Source: an uncultured bacterium
GTDB lineage: Bacteria > Verrucomicrobiota > Verrucomicrobiia > Limisphaerales > J093
Assembly (NCBI GenBank): GCA_963735925.1
Contig: CAVTMT010000003.1
Location: 1,767,463-1,831,462, forward strand
Direction of reading: 5' to 3'
Length of the DNA: 64,000 nt
Made by a program: the position numbers and the translations under genes. This document shows, piece after piece, positions 36,183 through 45,710 of this stretch (the first letter of the stretch is position 1; each line of letters begins with the position of its first letter). A model generated the notes under the pieces. That model saw nothing but the letters and a program-made list of their open reading frames with translations, ran no database searches and had not been told where the DNA came from.

Positions 36183-38126
36183 TCAGGCCTTGCCTTCGAC
36201 TTTGGCTCGATCAAAGCAGGTCGCCAGGTGTTGCGCGTCGTTGGGGCGGGTAAAGGCGCTGACCAGCACCGCCGTGAGCAGCGAGAGCGGCAGTCCGATG
36301 AACAGCGGATCGACCACCGGCCAGTTGGGAGATTGCGCCAGCAGGCTGGCCTTGACCACGCCGATCACCGTGCACTCCGGCGTCTTCACGAACACCAACC
36401 AGACCGTGCTGGCGATGAAACCGACGAGCATCGAGGCGATGGCCGCCGGCCGGGTCATGCGACGCGTGAAGATGCCGCCGAAGAACGCCGGGAGAAACGT
36501 CGAGGCGCACAGACCAAAGAAGATGGCGGTCGCCCGGGCGATGATGCTCACGACGAACTGCTCCTTCTTGGCGTAATAGCCGATCAGCACCGCCAGGACC
36601 AAACCGATCAGGATGGCGAAGCGGACGATGTAGATGGTCCGGTCCGGGGCGCCTTTGGCTTGGGCGCCAGTGAGGGTCCCAAAGACGTCGCGCCCGGCCG
36701 CGGTGCCAAGGGTGTGGAACTGGCTGGAAAGCGTGCTCATCGCCGCGGCCAGCAGCGTGAGCAGAAAGACCAACCCGAACCATTTCGGCATCGCCGTGGT
36801 GATGTACAGCGGGATGATCTGGTCCGAAGCGCCCTTGGCATTGACGATGGCCAGCGAACGGCCTTGCGCCACCTGGTTCGGTGCCGCGACTCCGGACAGG
36901 TAGGGTTGGTTCTGGTCGAGGACGGCCGGCACGAGACTGCCTTCATGAATGACGCCCAGGCTGTTGGTTTCCTTGACCACCGGGAGCCATTTGCCGTCGG
37001 CGCCGAGCTTTACGGGTTGCGTGCCGGCCACGGTCTTGCCGTCCTTGGCCGTGTCCTTGACCAGGTCCACCCAGTTGCCGTCATCGCCCTTCCGCATCAA
37101 TTGCAGGATCGCGTGGCCTTTGTCGGCATTGACGGTCTTGAGCACGCGCCCCTGGAAGAGCGGACCGTGCTGCGTGAAGTAGGCGTTCGAGAGCGCGCCG
37201 GTGGTGAACGCCACGCCCGTCATGGCCAGGATGAACACGCCGCCCACGCCGACCGCGCGGTTCAACTCGCGCTTGCTCTTCACCGTCATGAACCGCACCG
37301 CCAGTTGCGGTTGGGCCAGCACGCCGATCCCGACGCCCATGACGATGGTCGAAACGACGATCCACCAGAGGTTGTACTTGGTCGCGCCGAAGCCGAACTC
37401 CGGCATCGCCGTCCAGCCGCGATGGCCAATCGCCGTGAGCGTGGCGGGGGTCAGATCCGCCAGGTCAGTCAGCGCTTGGTGTCCCGCCGTCACGCCGCCA
37501 ACGCTCGCGTAGGTGTACACGAGCAGGACTGCCATGCCGACGAACATGATCACGCCCTGCAAGGCGTCGGTGTACATCACACCTTTAAGGCCGCCAAAGA
37601 AGACATAGGCCGCCACGATCGTCGCGAAGAGCAGCAGCGCGGCGTTGTAGTCCATCTGGAACGTGGTGGCGATGAACTCGGTGCCGCCGATCAGCACGGC
37701 CGCGCCATACAACGGCATGAACAACACAATGACCGCACCGCAAAAGACCTGGATAAACCGGCTTTGGTACCGCCGGCCGAGCAACTCAGGGAACGTGTGC
37801 GCGTCCAGCCGGTGCCCGAGCGCGCGGGTCGGTCCGCCGATGAAGATGAACGCGATGAAGATCCCGATGAAGATGTTGCAGAACGTGAGCCAGAGCAGGC
37901 TCAGGCCGAACGTGCCGGCCACGCCGCCGAAACCCACGATGGCGCTGGTGGAGATGAAGGTCGCGCCGTAGCTGAGCGACATGACGAACGGATGCACCTT
38001 GCGCCCTGCCACCAAGTAATCCGTGGCGGTCTTCGTCCCGCGGTACCCCAGCCAGCCCAGGTACGCGGTCACGAACAGGTAGAGCAGGACGACGAGGATG
38101 TCGAGGAGCGCGACTTCGGCAAACAT
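36183..38126 (-). CDS. sodium:solute symporter (SSS) family transporter with about 130-aa hydrophilic insertion (paralog 2 of 2)
   Basis: SSS hallmarks (DYLVAGRKVHPFVMSLSYGATFISTSAIVGFGG; GLKGVMYTDALQGVIMF). A K/D/G-rich soluble insertion (HGPLFQGRVLK…SDQIIPLY) lies between TM blocks. The gene is 647 aa. Confidence 0.85.
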   Translation of the reverse strand: MFAEVALLDILVVLLYLFVTAYLGWLGYRGTKTATDYLVAGRKVHPFVMSLSYGATFISTSAIVGFGGVAGTFGLSLLWLTFCNIFIGIFIAFIFIGGPTRALGHRLDAHTFPELLGRRYQSRFIQVFCGAVIVLFMPLYGAAVLIGGTEFIATTFQMDYNAALLLFATIVAAYVFFGGLKGVMYTDALQGVIMFVGMAVLLVYTYASVGGVTAGHQALTDLADLTPATLTAIGHRGWTAMPEFGFGATKYNLWWIVVSTIVMGVGIGVLAQPQLAVRFMTVKSKRELNRAVGVGGVFILAMTGVAFTTGALSNAYFTQHGPLFQGRVLKTVNADKGHAILQLMRKGDDGNWVDLVKDTAKDGKTVAGTQPVKLGADGKWLPVVKETNSLGVIHEGSLVPAVLDQNQPYLSGVAAPNQVAQGRSLAIVNAKGASDQIIPLYITTAMPKWFGLVFLLTLLAAAMSTLSSQFHTLGTAAGRDVFGTLTGAQAKGAPDRTIYIVRFAILIGLVLAVLIGYYAKKEQFVVSIIARATAIFFGLCASTFLPAFFGGIFTRRMTRPAAIASMLVGFIASTVWLVFVKTPECTVIGVVKASLLAQSPNWPVVDPLFIGLPLSLLTAVLVSAFTRPNDAQHLATCFDRAKVEGKA

Positions 38127-38129
38127 GGT

Positions 38130-40049
38130 TCAGGAGGGTTGGGGGTTGAAGCACCGGGCCAGGTGAGCGGAAGCCGGCGGGCGAGTGGCCAGACTCACCA
38201 ACACGGCTGTCAGGGCAGAAAGCGGCAAGGCAATGAGCACCGGGTCCACGACCGGCCAGTTGGGATGCGCTTCGAGCAGGCTGGCCTTGACCAGGCCGAT
38301 GGCGCCGCACTCCGGGGTCTTGACCAGCGCGACCCACGCCAGGGTCGCGCCGAAGCCGACCAGCATCGAAACGGTCGCACCCGCCTTGGTCATCCGCGGC
38401 CAGTACAGGCCGCCGATGAGCGCCGGCAGAAACGCCGCGGCGCACATGCCGAAGAAAATGGCCGTGGCCCGGGCGATGATGTACTCGCCCCGCGCATAGT
38501 GGCCGATGCCCACCGCCACCACCAACCCGATCAGGATCGCGGTGCGCACAATGAGTATCGTCCGGTCGGGCCCGCCGCCACCACCCATCCGACCGAACAA
38601 CTGTTGGTAGATATCGCGTCCGGCCGCCGTGCCCAGGGTGTGGAACTGGCTCGACAACGTGCTCATCGCCGCCGCCAGCAGCGTCAGCAGGAAGACCAGG
38701 CCGAACCATCTGGGCATCGCCGCGCCGATGTAGGTGGGAATGATCTGGTCCGAGTTGCCCTTGGCCGCGACGATCGAAATGCTCCGGCCGCTCACGACTT
38801 CGTTCGGCCCAACGCGCACCGGAAGGCGGCCCGCGTCCAGCAACGCAGGAATTACCGCACCTTCGCGCACGACTCCCAGATGGTTGGTCTCCCTGGCCAC
38901 GGGCAGCCAATGTCCGGCGGCGTCCACCAGCGGCTCTTGGAGCACGTTGGTCGTGCTGGCGCCGACGGTTTCCTTGACAACGTCGAGCCACTCGCCGGCG
39001 GCGTTGCGGCGCATCAACTGGAGCAACGCGTGCGGGCGCTGATCGCCGAGTTTCTGCAATACCCGCCCCTCGAACACCGGGCCGTGCAGTGCGAAGAAGA
39101 CGTTCGAGAGCGCGCCGGTGGTGTACGCCACTCCCACCATCGCCAGGATGAACACCGCGCCGACGCCGACGGCTCGGTTCAGCTCGCGCCGGCTCTTCAC
39201 GGTCATGAAGCGGACGACCAGTTGCGGCTGCGCCAGCACTCCGATGCCCACGCCCAGCACGATGGTCGAAACGACGATCCACCAAAGGTTGTACTGTCGG
39301 TCGCCGAAGCCGAACTGCGGCATCGCCGTCCAGCCCCGGTGCCCGATGGCCGCCAGGTTCGCCGGCACCAGGTCGGCGAGCCCGGTCAGTTGTCGGTGGC
39401 CTTCGACCACCCCGCCGACGCGCGAGTAGGTGGTGACTAGCAGCACGGCCATTCCCGCGAACATGATGACCCCCTGCAACGCGTCGGTGTACATCACACC
39501 CTTCAGACCGCCGAAGAACACATAGGCGGCCACGATGCCGGCCAGCGTCAGGAGCGCCGCGTCGTACGGGATCTGAAGGGCGGTCGTGATGAATTCGGTG
39601 CCGCCGATCAGCACCGCGGCCCCGTACAGCGGCATGAACACGGCGATCACCAGCGCCGTGAACACCTGGAGAAACCGGCTTTGGAAGCGCCGCCCCAGCA
39701 ATTCGGGAAACGTGTGCGCGTCCAAGGCGTGCCCCAACCGACGGACGCGGGCGCCCAGAAACACGAAGGCGATAAGGATGCCGACGAAGATGTTGAACAC
39801 CACCAACCAGAGCAGGCTCATCCCGAACAGACCGGCCACGCCGCCGAACCCCACGATGGCGCTGGTGGAAATGAAGGTTGCGCCATAGCTGAGCGACATC
39901 ACGAACGGATGCGCTTTGCGTCCGGCCAGCAAATAGTCCGACGTGGTCTGTGTGCCGCGGTAGCCCAGCCAGCCGAGGTAGGCCGTTGCCGCGAGATAAA
40001 GCAGCACGACGGCGACATCGAGGAGCGGGACTTGAGCCAGGCAGGGCAT
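38130..40049 (-). CDS. sodium:solute symporter (SSS) family transporter with about 130-aa hydrophilic insertion (paralog 1 of 2)
   Basis: About 70 % identical to the downstream paralog. Only 3 nt separate its stop from the next start, and it has the same inserted domain (HGPVFEGRVLQ…SDQIIPTY). Confidence 0.85.
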   Translation of the reverse strand: MPCLAQVPLLDVAVVLLYLAATAYLGWLGYRGTQTTSDYLLAGRKAHPFVMSLSYGATFISTSAIVGFGGVAGLFGMSLLWLVVFNIFVGILIAFVFLGARVRRLGHALDAHTFPELLGRRFQSRFLQVFTALVIAVFMPLYGAAVLIGGTEFITTALQIPYDAALLTLAGIVAAYVFFGGLKGVMYTDALQGVIMFAGMAVLLVTTYSRVGGVVEGHRQLTGLADLVPANLAAIGHRGWTAMPQFGFGDRQYNLWWIVVSTIVLGVGIGVLAQPQLVVRFMTVKSRRELNRAVGVGAVFILAMVGVAYTTGALSNVFFALHGPVFEGRVLQKLGDQRPHALLQLMRRNAAGEWLDVVKETVGASTTNVLQEPLVDAAGHWLPVARETNHLGVVREGAVIPALLDAGRLPVRVGPNEVVSGRSISIVAAKGNSDQIIPTYIGAAMPRWFGLVFLLTLLAAAMSTLSSQFHTLGTAAGRDIYQQLFGRMGGGGGPDRTILIVRTAILIGLVVAVGIGHYARGEYIIARATAIFFGMCAAAFLPALIGGLYWPRMTKAGATVSMLVGFGATLAWVALVKTPECGAIGLVKASLLEAHPNWPVVDPVLIALPLSALTAVLVSLATRPPASAHLARCFNPQPS

Positions 40050-40106
40050 AATCGTGGCCGACGCCGTCGGCGAACGGAGTCGGGCGGGCCGGCGGACCGG
40101 GCCGGC

Positions 40107-40277
40107 CTAAAGTTTCTCCTCGAGTTTGTCCTCGACCTTGGCCCAGCGGACATCGTCCGCCCGGACTGAATCGTCCCCCCGGTTCCAATTGCGCCAGCTA
40201 TAAATGACGCAGGCCAGAGCGCTCACGAGGCAGAGCACGTAAGCCAGCCACACCCACGGATCAGGAATTCCCAACAT
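40107..40277 (-). CDS. small single-TM membrane protein (56 aa) preceding the SSS transporters; possible SSS accessory subunit (DUF3311/DUF4212-like)
   Basis: MLGIPDPWVWLAYVLCLVSALACVIYSWRNWNRGDD…. An AAAGGA Shine-Dalgarno-like motif lies 9 nt upstream of the ATG at 40277. The family assignment is tentative. Confidence 0.5.
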   Translation of the reverse strand: MLGIPDPWVWLAYVLCLVSALACVIYSWRNWNRGDDSVRADDVRWAKVEDKLEEKL

Positions 40278-40291
40278 CACAGAGTCCTTTC

Positions 40292-40732
40292 TCAGGCTGC
40301 CAGGCGCCGGAACAACTCGACTTCTCCCACCACGTTGACGCCGGCCTGGCGGAGCGCCTCCACCGCCGGGTCGGGCCGATCGAACCGAAAAACCAGCAGG
40401 CCTTTGTCGCCCTGCTTCAGCGTGAAGGCGTACATGTACTCGACGTTCACGCCGGCCCGCTCGAACACCTCGAGCAGTTCGGCCAGGCCGCCGGGCTTGT
40501 CCGCGACCTCCACCGCCACCACCTCGGTGACCTTGACCACGCACCCCTTCGCCTCGAGCAGTTGCTTGGCCTGCGCCCAGTCGCGCACCACCACCCGCAG
40601 GATGCCGAACTGCTGGGTGTCGGCCAGCGACAGCGTGATGAGGTTGATGCCGGCCGCGCCCAGCCAACGGCACGGCGCGCTGAGCGTGCCCGGACGGTTT
40701 TCGAGGAAGATGGAGAGTTGCTTGAGTTTCAT
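40292..40732 (-). CDS. ACT-domain protein (tandem ACT)
   Basis: MKLKQLSIFLENRPGTLSAPCRWLGAAGINLITLSLAD… and a second ACT-like half. This is the typical partner of ior/paaK gene sets. Confidence 0.75.
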   Translation of the reverse strand: MKLKQLSIFLENRPGTLSAPCRWLGAAGINLITLSLADTQQFGILRVVVRDWAQAKQLLEAKGCVVKVTEVVAVEVADKPGGLAELLEVFERAGVNVEYMYAFTLKQGDKGLLVFRFDRPDPAVEALRQAGVNVVGEVELFRRLAA

Positions 40733-40757
40733 GGCGCCGGCTCCGGGTTAACCCCGT

Positions 40758-42086
40758 TCACAGTTTCCGCTTGTCGATCACGCGCTTGGCCTTGCCCTCG
40801 CTCCGCTGGAGGGTATGCGGCTCCACCAGGCGCACCTGGGCCCGCAGGCCGGTGATGCGCTCGATGGCCTGCGAGAGCCGTTGCTGGAGTTTCTCCAAGG
40901 CGCCCACCGTGTCGCTGAAGAACTCCTCGGTGACCTCGACCTGGACCTCCATTTCGTCGAGCCCCTTCACGCGATCGACGATGATCTGGTAATGCGGCAG
41001 CGTGCCTTCCACGGCCAGCAACGCCGCCTCGATCTGCGACGGAAACACGTTCACGCCGCGGATGATCATCATGTCGTCGGTCCGGCGGGCGATGCGCTTG
41101 ATGCGGCGCAGCGTCCGGCCGCAGGCGCAGGGCTCCTCGTTCAAGGCGCTGATGTCCCGCGTGCGGTAACGGATCATCGGCATGGCGCGTTTGCAGAGCG
41201 TGGTGAGCACCAACTCGCCCTCGGTGCCGTCCGGCACCGGTTGGCCGGTTTCGGGCTCGATGACCTCCGGATAAAACATGTCTTCGAAAATGTGCGGCCC
41301 CGCCTGGTGCGGACACTCCATCGCCACGCCCGGCCCGATGATCTCGCTCAGGCCGTAGATGTCGTACGCCTTGAGGTTGGTCTCCGCCTCGATGCGCCGC
41401 CGCATCGCTTCGGTCCAGGGTTCGGCGCCGAACACGCCGGCCCGCAGCGGGAGTTGCTTCAGGTCCACGCCCAGTTCGCCGGCGCGTTCGGTGAGGTGGA
41501 TGAAATAGCTCGGCGTGCAACAGATCGCGGTCACGCCAAAATCCTTCATGATCATGATCTGGCGGTCGGTGTTGCCGCCGGAGATTGGAATCACGCTGGC
41601 GCCCAACGCCTCAGCCCCGTAATGCGCGCCCAGGCCGCCGGTAAACAAGCCGTAACCGTACGCGTTCTGGATGATGTCGCCGCGGTGCAGCCCGCAGGCC
41701 AGGAAGCTGCGCTTCATCACCGTCGCCCAGTCATCGACGTCCGCCTGCGTGTACGCCACCACGATCGGCTTCCCGGTGGTGCCGCTCGAAGCGTGGAACC
41801 GGACGATTTCCTCCGTGGGGCTGGCGAACAGCCCGAACGGGTAGGTGTCGCGCAGATCCGTCTTGGTCGTGAACGGCAGCCGCGCCAGGTCGTCCAGCGA
41901 TTGGAGATCGGCCGGCCCGAGGCCGCGCTCCTCCAGGCGCCGGCGGAACAAGGGGACGCGGTCGTACGCGCGCTGGACGATCGTCCGGAGCCGGTGCAGT
42001 TGGAGCGCGCGCAATTGCGGCAGCGGCAGAAAGTCCACCGCGCTGGCGGGATCGAACGGGCCGGTGCAATTCGTCTTCGAATTCAT
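40758..42086 (-). CDS. phenylacetate--CoA ligase family protein (PaaK-like arylacetate/acyl-CoA ligase)
   Basis: AMP-binding motif [19 protein letters not shown], and a PaaK-family C-terminus. The start MNSKTN… is confirmed at 42086. Confidence 0.88.
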   Translation of the reverse strand: MNSKTNCTGPFDPASAVDFLPLPQLRALQLHRLRTIVQRAYDRVPLFRRRLEERGLGPADLQSLDDLARLPFTTKTDLRDTYPFGLFASPTEEIVRFHASSGTTGKPIVVAYTQADVDDWATVMKRSFLACGLHRGDIIQNAYGYGLFTGGLGAHYGAEALGASVIPISGGNTDRQIMIMKDFGVTAICCTPSYFIHLTERAGELGVDLKQLPLRAGVFGAEPWTEAMRRRIEAETNLKAYDIYGLSEIIGPGVAMECPHQAGPHIFEDMFYPEVIEPETGQPVPDGTEGELVLTTLCKRAMPMIRYRTRDISALNEEPCACGRTLRRIKRIARRTDDMMIIRGVNVFPSQIEAALLAVEGTLPHYQIIVDRVKGLDEMEVQVEVTEEFFSDTVGALEKLQQRLSQAIERITGLRAQVRLVEPHTLQRSEGKAKRVIDKRKL

Positions 42087-42094
42087 GGCGGAAA

Positions 42095-42589
42095 TCAGGC
42101 GGGGGGCTGGCCACCGCTGCCGAGGGCGAAGGCCTTCAAGTTCGCGGCCAGGAGCGCGGGGCCGAAACTCGCCGCCAGGGCGGCACGCCAGCATTCCGCG
42201 GGGACGCCTTCCAGGTGGCGGCTCAGCAGGCCGATCATGGCGACGTTGAAACTGCGTTTGTTCTCGAGCTGGCCCACATCAATCATCGACGGTTCGAGCA
42301 ACACGCCGCCCGGCCGCAGGTAACCGCGGTTGTTCTCGAGTTGGTCCGGCGCGAGCACGACCAGGTAATCCGCTTCGCCGAAAGGCACCATCGGGCTGAA
42401 CACCTTTTCCCCGAAGCGCACGTCGCTGTTCACCGAACCGCCGCGCTGGCTCATGCCGTGGACTTCGGCCTTCTTGACGTCGAACCCGGCCCGGAACACC
42501 GCGTTGGCCAGAATGTCCGACGCTTTCAGCACGCCCTGGCCTCCCAGGCCGGCCACTACGACACTGGTAACGCTGTTTCGCATGCGCAC
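42095..42589 (-). CDS. iorB: indolepyruvate/2-oxoacid:ferredoxin oxidoreductase subunit beta (IorB, POR-gamma-like)
   Basis: [21 protein letters not shown]…, a POR gamma-domain signature. Confidence 0.85.
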   Translation of the reverse strand: MRMRNSVTSVVVAGLGGQGVLKASDILANAVFRAGFDVKKAEVHGMSQRGGSVNSDVRFGEKVFSPMVPFGEADYLVVLAPDQLENNRGYLRPGGVLLEPSMIDVGQLENKRSFNVAMIGLLSRHLEGVPAECWRAALAASFGPALLAANLKAFALGSGGQPPA

Positions 42590-44208
42590 TCGCTCTCCGC
42601 CTCGACGGCCTGGCGTTCGTACTCCTTGAGTTGTTTGGCGATCAGAATGCAGGGCCGGCGAACGATGATCACCGCCAGTTCGCCGCTGTTCAGGCAGTCG
42701 GTCAAAACCCGCCCGAATTCGTCGGAGCCCAGCCGCGGCTCCACGACCTCCACCCGGCGAATGCCCAGGCCGCGGGCCAGGTCTTCGAACCGTACGCGCC
42801 CGGTCGCCTGATGGTCCAACGTGCGGCCGGTGCCGGGATGCTCCTGGTGCCCGGTCATCGCGGTGGTCGAATTGTCTAGGATGATCAGCACGTGGCCGCC
42901 CGGCGGCGGGTTATAGACCATCTCCACCAGGCCGCTGATGCCGCTGTGCACGAACGTGCTGTCGCCGATGATGCTCACCACCCGCTTCGCCTGGTCGGGC
43001 GGCAGGACGTGCCGCAGTCCGAGTCCGACGCCGAGGCTCGCCCCCATGCACACGCAGGTGTCCATCGCCTCGAACGGGGCCAGTGCCCCCAGCGTGTAAC
43101 AGCCGATGTCGCCCGCGACAATCGCCTGCATTTCGTGCAGCGTGCTGAACACCTGGCGGTACGAGCACGCGTCACAGAGCTGCGGCGGCTTGCCCGGCGG
43201 CCGGACCGGCTCGGCCGAAGTGTCGCCCGCGAGGATGCGGCGCACCCGTGCCACGTCGAATTCGCCGTACCGGTACATCTCCGCCTTGCCTTCCACGGCG
43301 ATGCCCGCGGCGCGGATGGCGTCCAGCAGGTACGGGTCGCCTTCCTCAAGCACGAAGCAACGTTGTACGAAGCCCGCGAACGACCGGATCAACTCCAGCG
43401 GCAACGGGTGGGTCATGCCGAGCTTGAGCACGCTGGCGGCCGGGGCGGCGTCGCGGGCATGGGCGTAAGCCACGCCGGAGGCGATGATGCCCAGTTCCCG
43501 GCCCGCCTCGAAAACCCGGTTGAGCGGAGCGGTCTCGTTCCAGGCCGCGATCTCGGTCAGCTTCCGGCGTAATCGCCGGTGGGCCGCGCGCGCATAGGCG
43601 GGGATCATCACCCGGCCACGCACATCGCGCACGAACGACGCCGGTTTCAAGCCTTCCACCGGCGGTCCCGGCCGCACCACGCTTTGGCTGTGGCAAACCC
43701 GCGTCGTGACCCGGAACAGGACCGGGATCTGCCACTTCTCGGAAATCTCGACCGCCTGCAAAAAGAAATCGTACGCCTCCTGCGAATCGCCCGGCTCAAG
43801 CATCGGCACCCCCGCCGCGACCGCGTAACGGCGGTTGTCCTGTTCGTTCTGGCTCGAGGCCATGCCCGGGTCGTCCGCGGAGATCACGATCAGCGCGCCG
43901 GTCACGCCCGTGTAGGCCACGGTGAAAAACGGATCGGCGGCGACGTTGAGTCCGACGTGTTTCATCGTGGCCAGCGCCCGCGCCCCCCCGTAGGCCGCGC
44001 CAATGCAAACCTCCAAGGCAACCTTCTCGTTCGGGGACCATTGGGCGTGTCCGCCCACGCGCGCGAAGTTCTCCAGGATTTCCGTGGACGGCGTGCCGGG
44101 ATAGCCGGCGCCGAGCGCCACGCCGGCGTGTTTCGCCGCCAGGGCGATGGCCTCGTTGCCACTGAGCAAACGCCGCTCTCCGTCTTGGTCTGCCGGACTC
44201 ATGGACAT
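42556..44208 (-). CDS. iorA: indolepyruvate:ferredoxin oxidoreductase subunit alpha (IorA), apparently lacking the C-terminal 2x[4Fe-4S] ferredoxin domain
   Basis: LSGNEAIALAAKHAGVALGAGYPGTPSTEI and the TPP motif IIGDSTFVHSGISGLVEMV. The start MSMSP… is confirmed at 44208. The protein ends …[34 protein letters not shown] with no CxxCxxCxxxCP pairs. The 3' end overlaps iorB by 34 nt. Confidence 0.85.
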   Translation of the reverse strand: MSMSPADQDGERRLLSGNEAIALAAKHAGVALGAGYPGTPSTEILENFARVGGHAQWSPNEKVALEVCIGAAYGGARALATMKHVGLNVAADPFFTVAYTGVTGALIVISADDPGMASSQNEQDNRRYAVAAGVPMLEPGDSQEAYDFFLQAVEISEKWQIPVLFRVTTRVCHSQSVVRPGPPVEGLKPASFVRDVRGRVMIPAYARAAHRRLRRKLTEIAAWNETAPLNRVFEAGRELGIIASGVAYAHARDAAPAASVLKLGMTHPLPLELIRSFAGFVQRCFVLEEGDPYLLDAIRAAGIAVEGKAEMYRYGEFDVARVRRILAGDTSAEPVRPPGKPPQLCDACSYRQVFSTLHEMQAIVAGDIGCYTLGALAPFEAMDTCVCMGASLGVGLGLRHVLPPDQAKRVVSIIGDSTFVHSGISGLVEMVYNPPPGGHVLIILDNSTTAMTGHQEHPGTGRTLDHQATGRVRFEDLARGLGIRRVEVVEPRLGSDEFGRVLTDCLNSGELAVIIVRRPCILIAKQLKEYERQAVEAESECACETALPVS

Positions 44209-44221
44209 CGTTGGACTCGTA

Positions 44222-44698
44222 TCATTGCCTTGCCTTGAGCGCCCTCGGGAGCGCGGCGAACCGTTCCCGAAACCACGCCGGTGGCCGGATCGCCCGCCCG
44301 TCACGGTCGGCAAAGGCGTGAATCGTGCATCCGCGCACCACGCCCTTGCGGGTCTCGACCTGCAGAATCTCGACGTCGGTCCGCACGCGCGCCCGGCCGG
44401 CGAAACCGAGCGTCGTCGTCATCTCCAGCCAGTCGTCGTACCGCGCCCGACCGAGGTACTCGACCTTGGCTTCGACCAAAGGGAGGAACAGCCCCCGCTC
44501 CTCGAGTTGAGCGTACGGCAGATCGAGGCTGCGCAGCAGTTCAGTGCGCCCCATCTCGAACCATTCCAGCGGGCGCGAGTTGTAGAACGTCCCCATCTGA
44601 TCGGTCTCGCTGTAGCGCACCCGGAATCGGAGACTGTGCCGGGGCGACGCCACACCGGGACGCAACGCGTCGGTCGGGGCAGGCGTCGTGCTTGACAT
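44222..44698 (-). CDS. acyl-CoA thioesterase, 4HBT/YbgC-like hotdog fold
   Basis: …RFRVRYSETDQMGTFYNSRPLEWFEMGRTELLRSL… is the YbgC-type N-terminal signature. It is the first gene of the ior operon. Confidence 0.78.
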   Translation of the reverse strand: MSSTTPAPTDALRPGVASPRHSLRFRVRYSETDQMGTFYNSRPLEWFEMGRTELLRSLDLPYAQLEERGLFLPLVEAKVEYLGRARYDDWLEMTTTLGFAGRARVRTDVEILQVETRKGVVRGCTIHAFADRDGRAIRPPAWFRERFAALPRALKARQ

Positions 44699-44933
44699 GC
44701 ACGAAATTGAGCCCTCTCCAGGCGACGGCGACTACCACGGGCTTGGCCATTTCTTAGCAGATTTTGCCGTGTGAACGGCGCCGCTTGACGCCGCCGCGCA
44801 GTCCATTCCGTCGGCCAGGAGGCGGGGGGCGTTCGGCCCGGCCGGGTCCGGGCTAGGCGACGGTGGTTTTCATTTCGCGAAATCGTCATTGCAATTGCCC
44901 GGGCCCCACGGCAACGTCTGCCCCGCGAATCGT

Positions 44934-45011
44934 CGGGGCGTAGCGTAGCCTGGCTAGCGCGCTTGTTTCGGGTACAAGAGGTCGTGAGTTCGAATCTCAC
45001 CGCCCCGACCA
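44934..45011 (+). tRNA. tRNA-Pro (anticodon CGG), CCA encoded
   Basis: Hand fold: acceptor CGGGGCG/CGCCCCG with discriminator A and CCA. D-stem GCGT/GCGC. Anticodon stem CTTGT/ACAAG with loop TTCGGGT, giving CGG with G37. T-arm AGGTC? GTGAG-TTCGAAT-CTCAC. Total length 78 nt. Confidence 0.85.
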
Positions 45012-45149
45012 TTCTCCGCCGGGGCAGACCGGCAGGCCCGGCTGCAGCGGTGCATCCCACCTTTGGCGGGCGGGCGGCGACAAGAAGTTGAACCGCGACC
45101 CGGCCAGCCTGGCACACGGACGCAATGGCGATTTCCAGACGTGGCGAGC

Positions 45150-45710
45150 ATGAACAAGCTGATCCTGAATCTGTCCGTGGTGCTTTCGTTCGCGCTGTGC
45201 GGGCTGTGCCTGGTACAGTGGAAGCGGGAGGCCAATCTCACCCACGACAAATCCAAGCTCACCGAGGACGTGTACACGAACAAGGTGGTCATTCAGCAAT
45301 TGGAGATCACCCTGAAGCGCACCCAGGATGAGGTTAAGCGTCTGGAGGGGATCCGCACCGGGCTCGAACAGACCGTCGAGACCAACACGGCCAAGATCAA
45401 GGCGCTCTCGGAGGAACTCGCCGACACAATCCAGGACCGGGACGAAAAGCGTAACCAGGTGGAGCAGTTCAAGACCGCGTTCGAGCAGGCCAACGAGAAT
45501 ATCAAGACGCAGAACGAGGCGATCCTCAAACAAAACGAGATGCTGAAGACCGTCGCCGAACAACGCGACCAGCAGATCGAGGAGTACAAGAAGCTGCTCG
45601 AGAAGTACAACCAGGTGGTCGGCGAGTACAATAAACTCGTCGATGAGGTCAAGAAGGCGAACGAAGCCATCGAAGCGGCCGCGCAGAAATCGCCGGGCTC
45701 CAAGAAATGA
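45150..45710 (+). CDS. membrane-anchored coiled-coil protein (186 aa)
   Basis: N-terminal TM (LILNLSVVLSFALCGLCLV) followed by about 150 aa of K/E/Q-rich heptad-like sequence. Local GC is about 57 %, lower than the surroundings, which tracks the amino-acid bias. Confidence 0.6.
   Translation: MNKLILNLSVVLSFALCGLCLVQWKREANLTHDKSKLTEDVYTNKVVIQQLEITLKRTQDEVKRLEGIRTGLEQTVETNTAKIKALSEELADTIQDRDEKRNQVEQFKTAFEQANENIKTQNEAILKQNEMLKTVAEQRDQQIEEYKKLLEKYNQVVGEYNKLVDEVKKANEAIEAAAQKSPGSKK

Noticed and set aside
33667-40188. ORFs 33667..36060 (+, 797 aa), 36228..39440 (+, 1070 aa), 37786..40188 (-, 800 aa), 35015..35845 (-)
   Set aside because: They are alternative or antisense frames over the cysteine desulfurase, porin and SSS transporter genes. 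The translations are dominated by Arg/Gly/His/Asp runs. The real genes are identified by strong family motifs in the other frames.
40815-44757. Plus-strand ORFs 40815..42323, 42892..43572, 43579..44238, 44281..44757
   Set aside because: They are antisense to the paaK/iorB/iorA/thioesterase operon and have no motifs.
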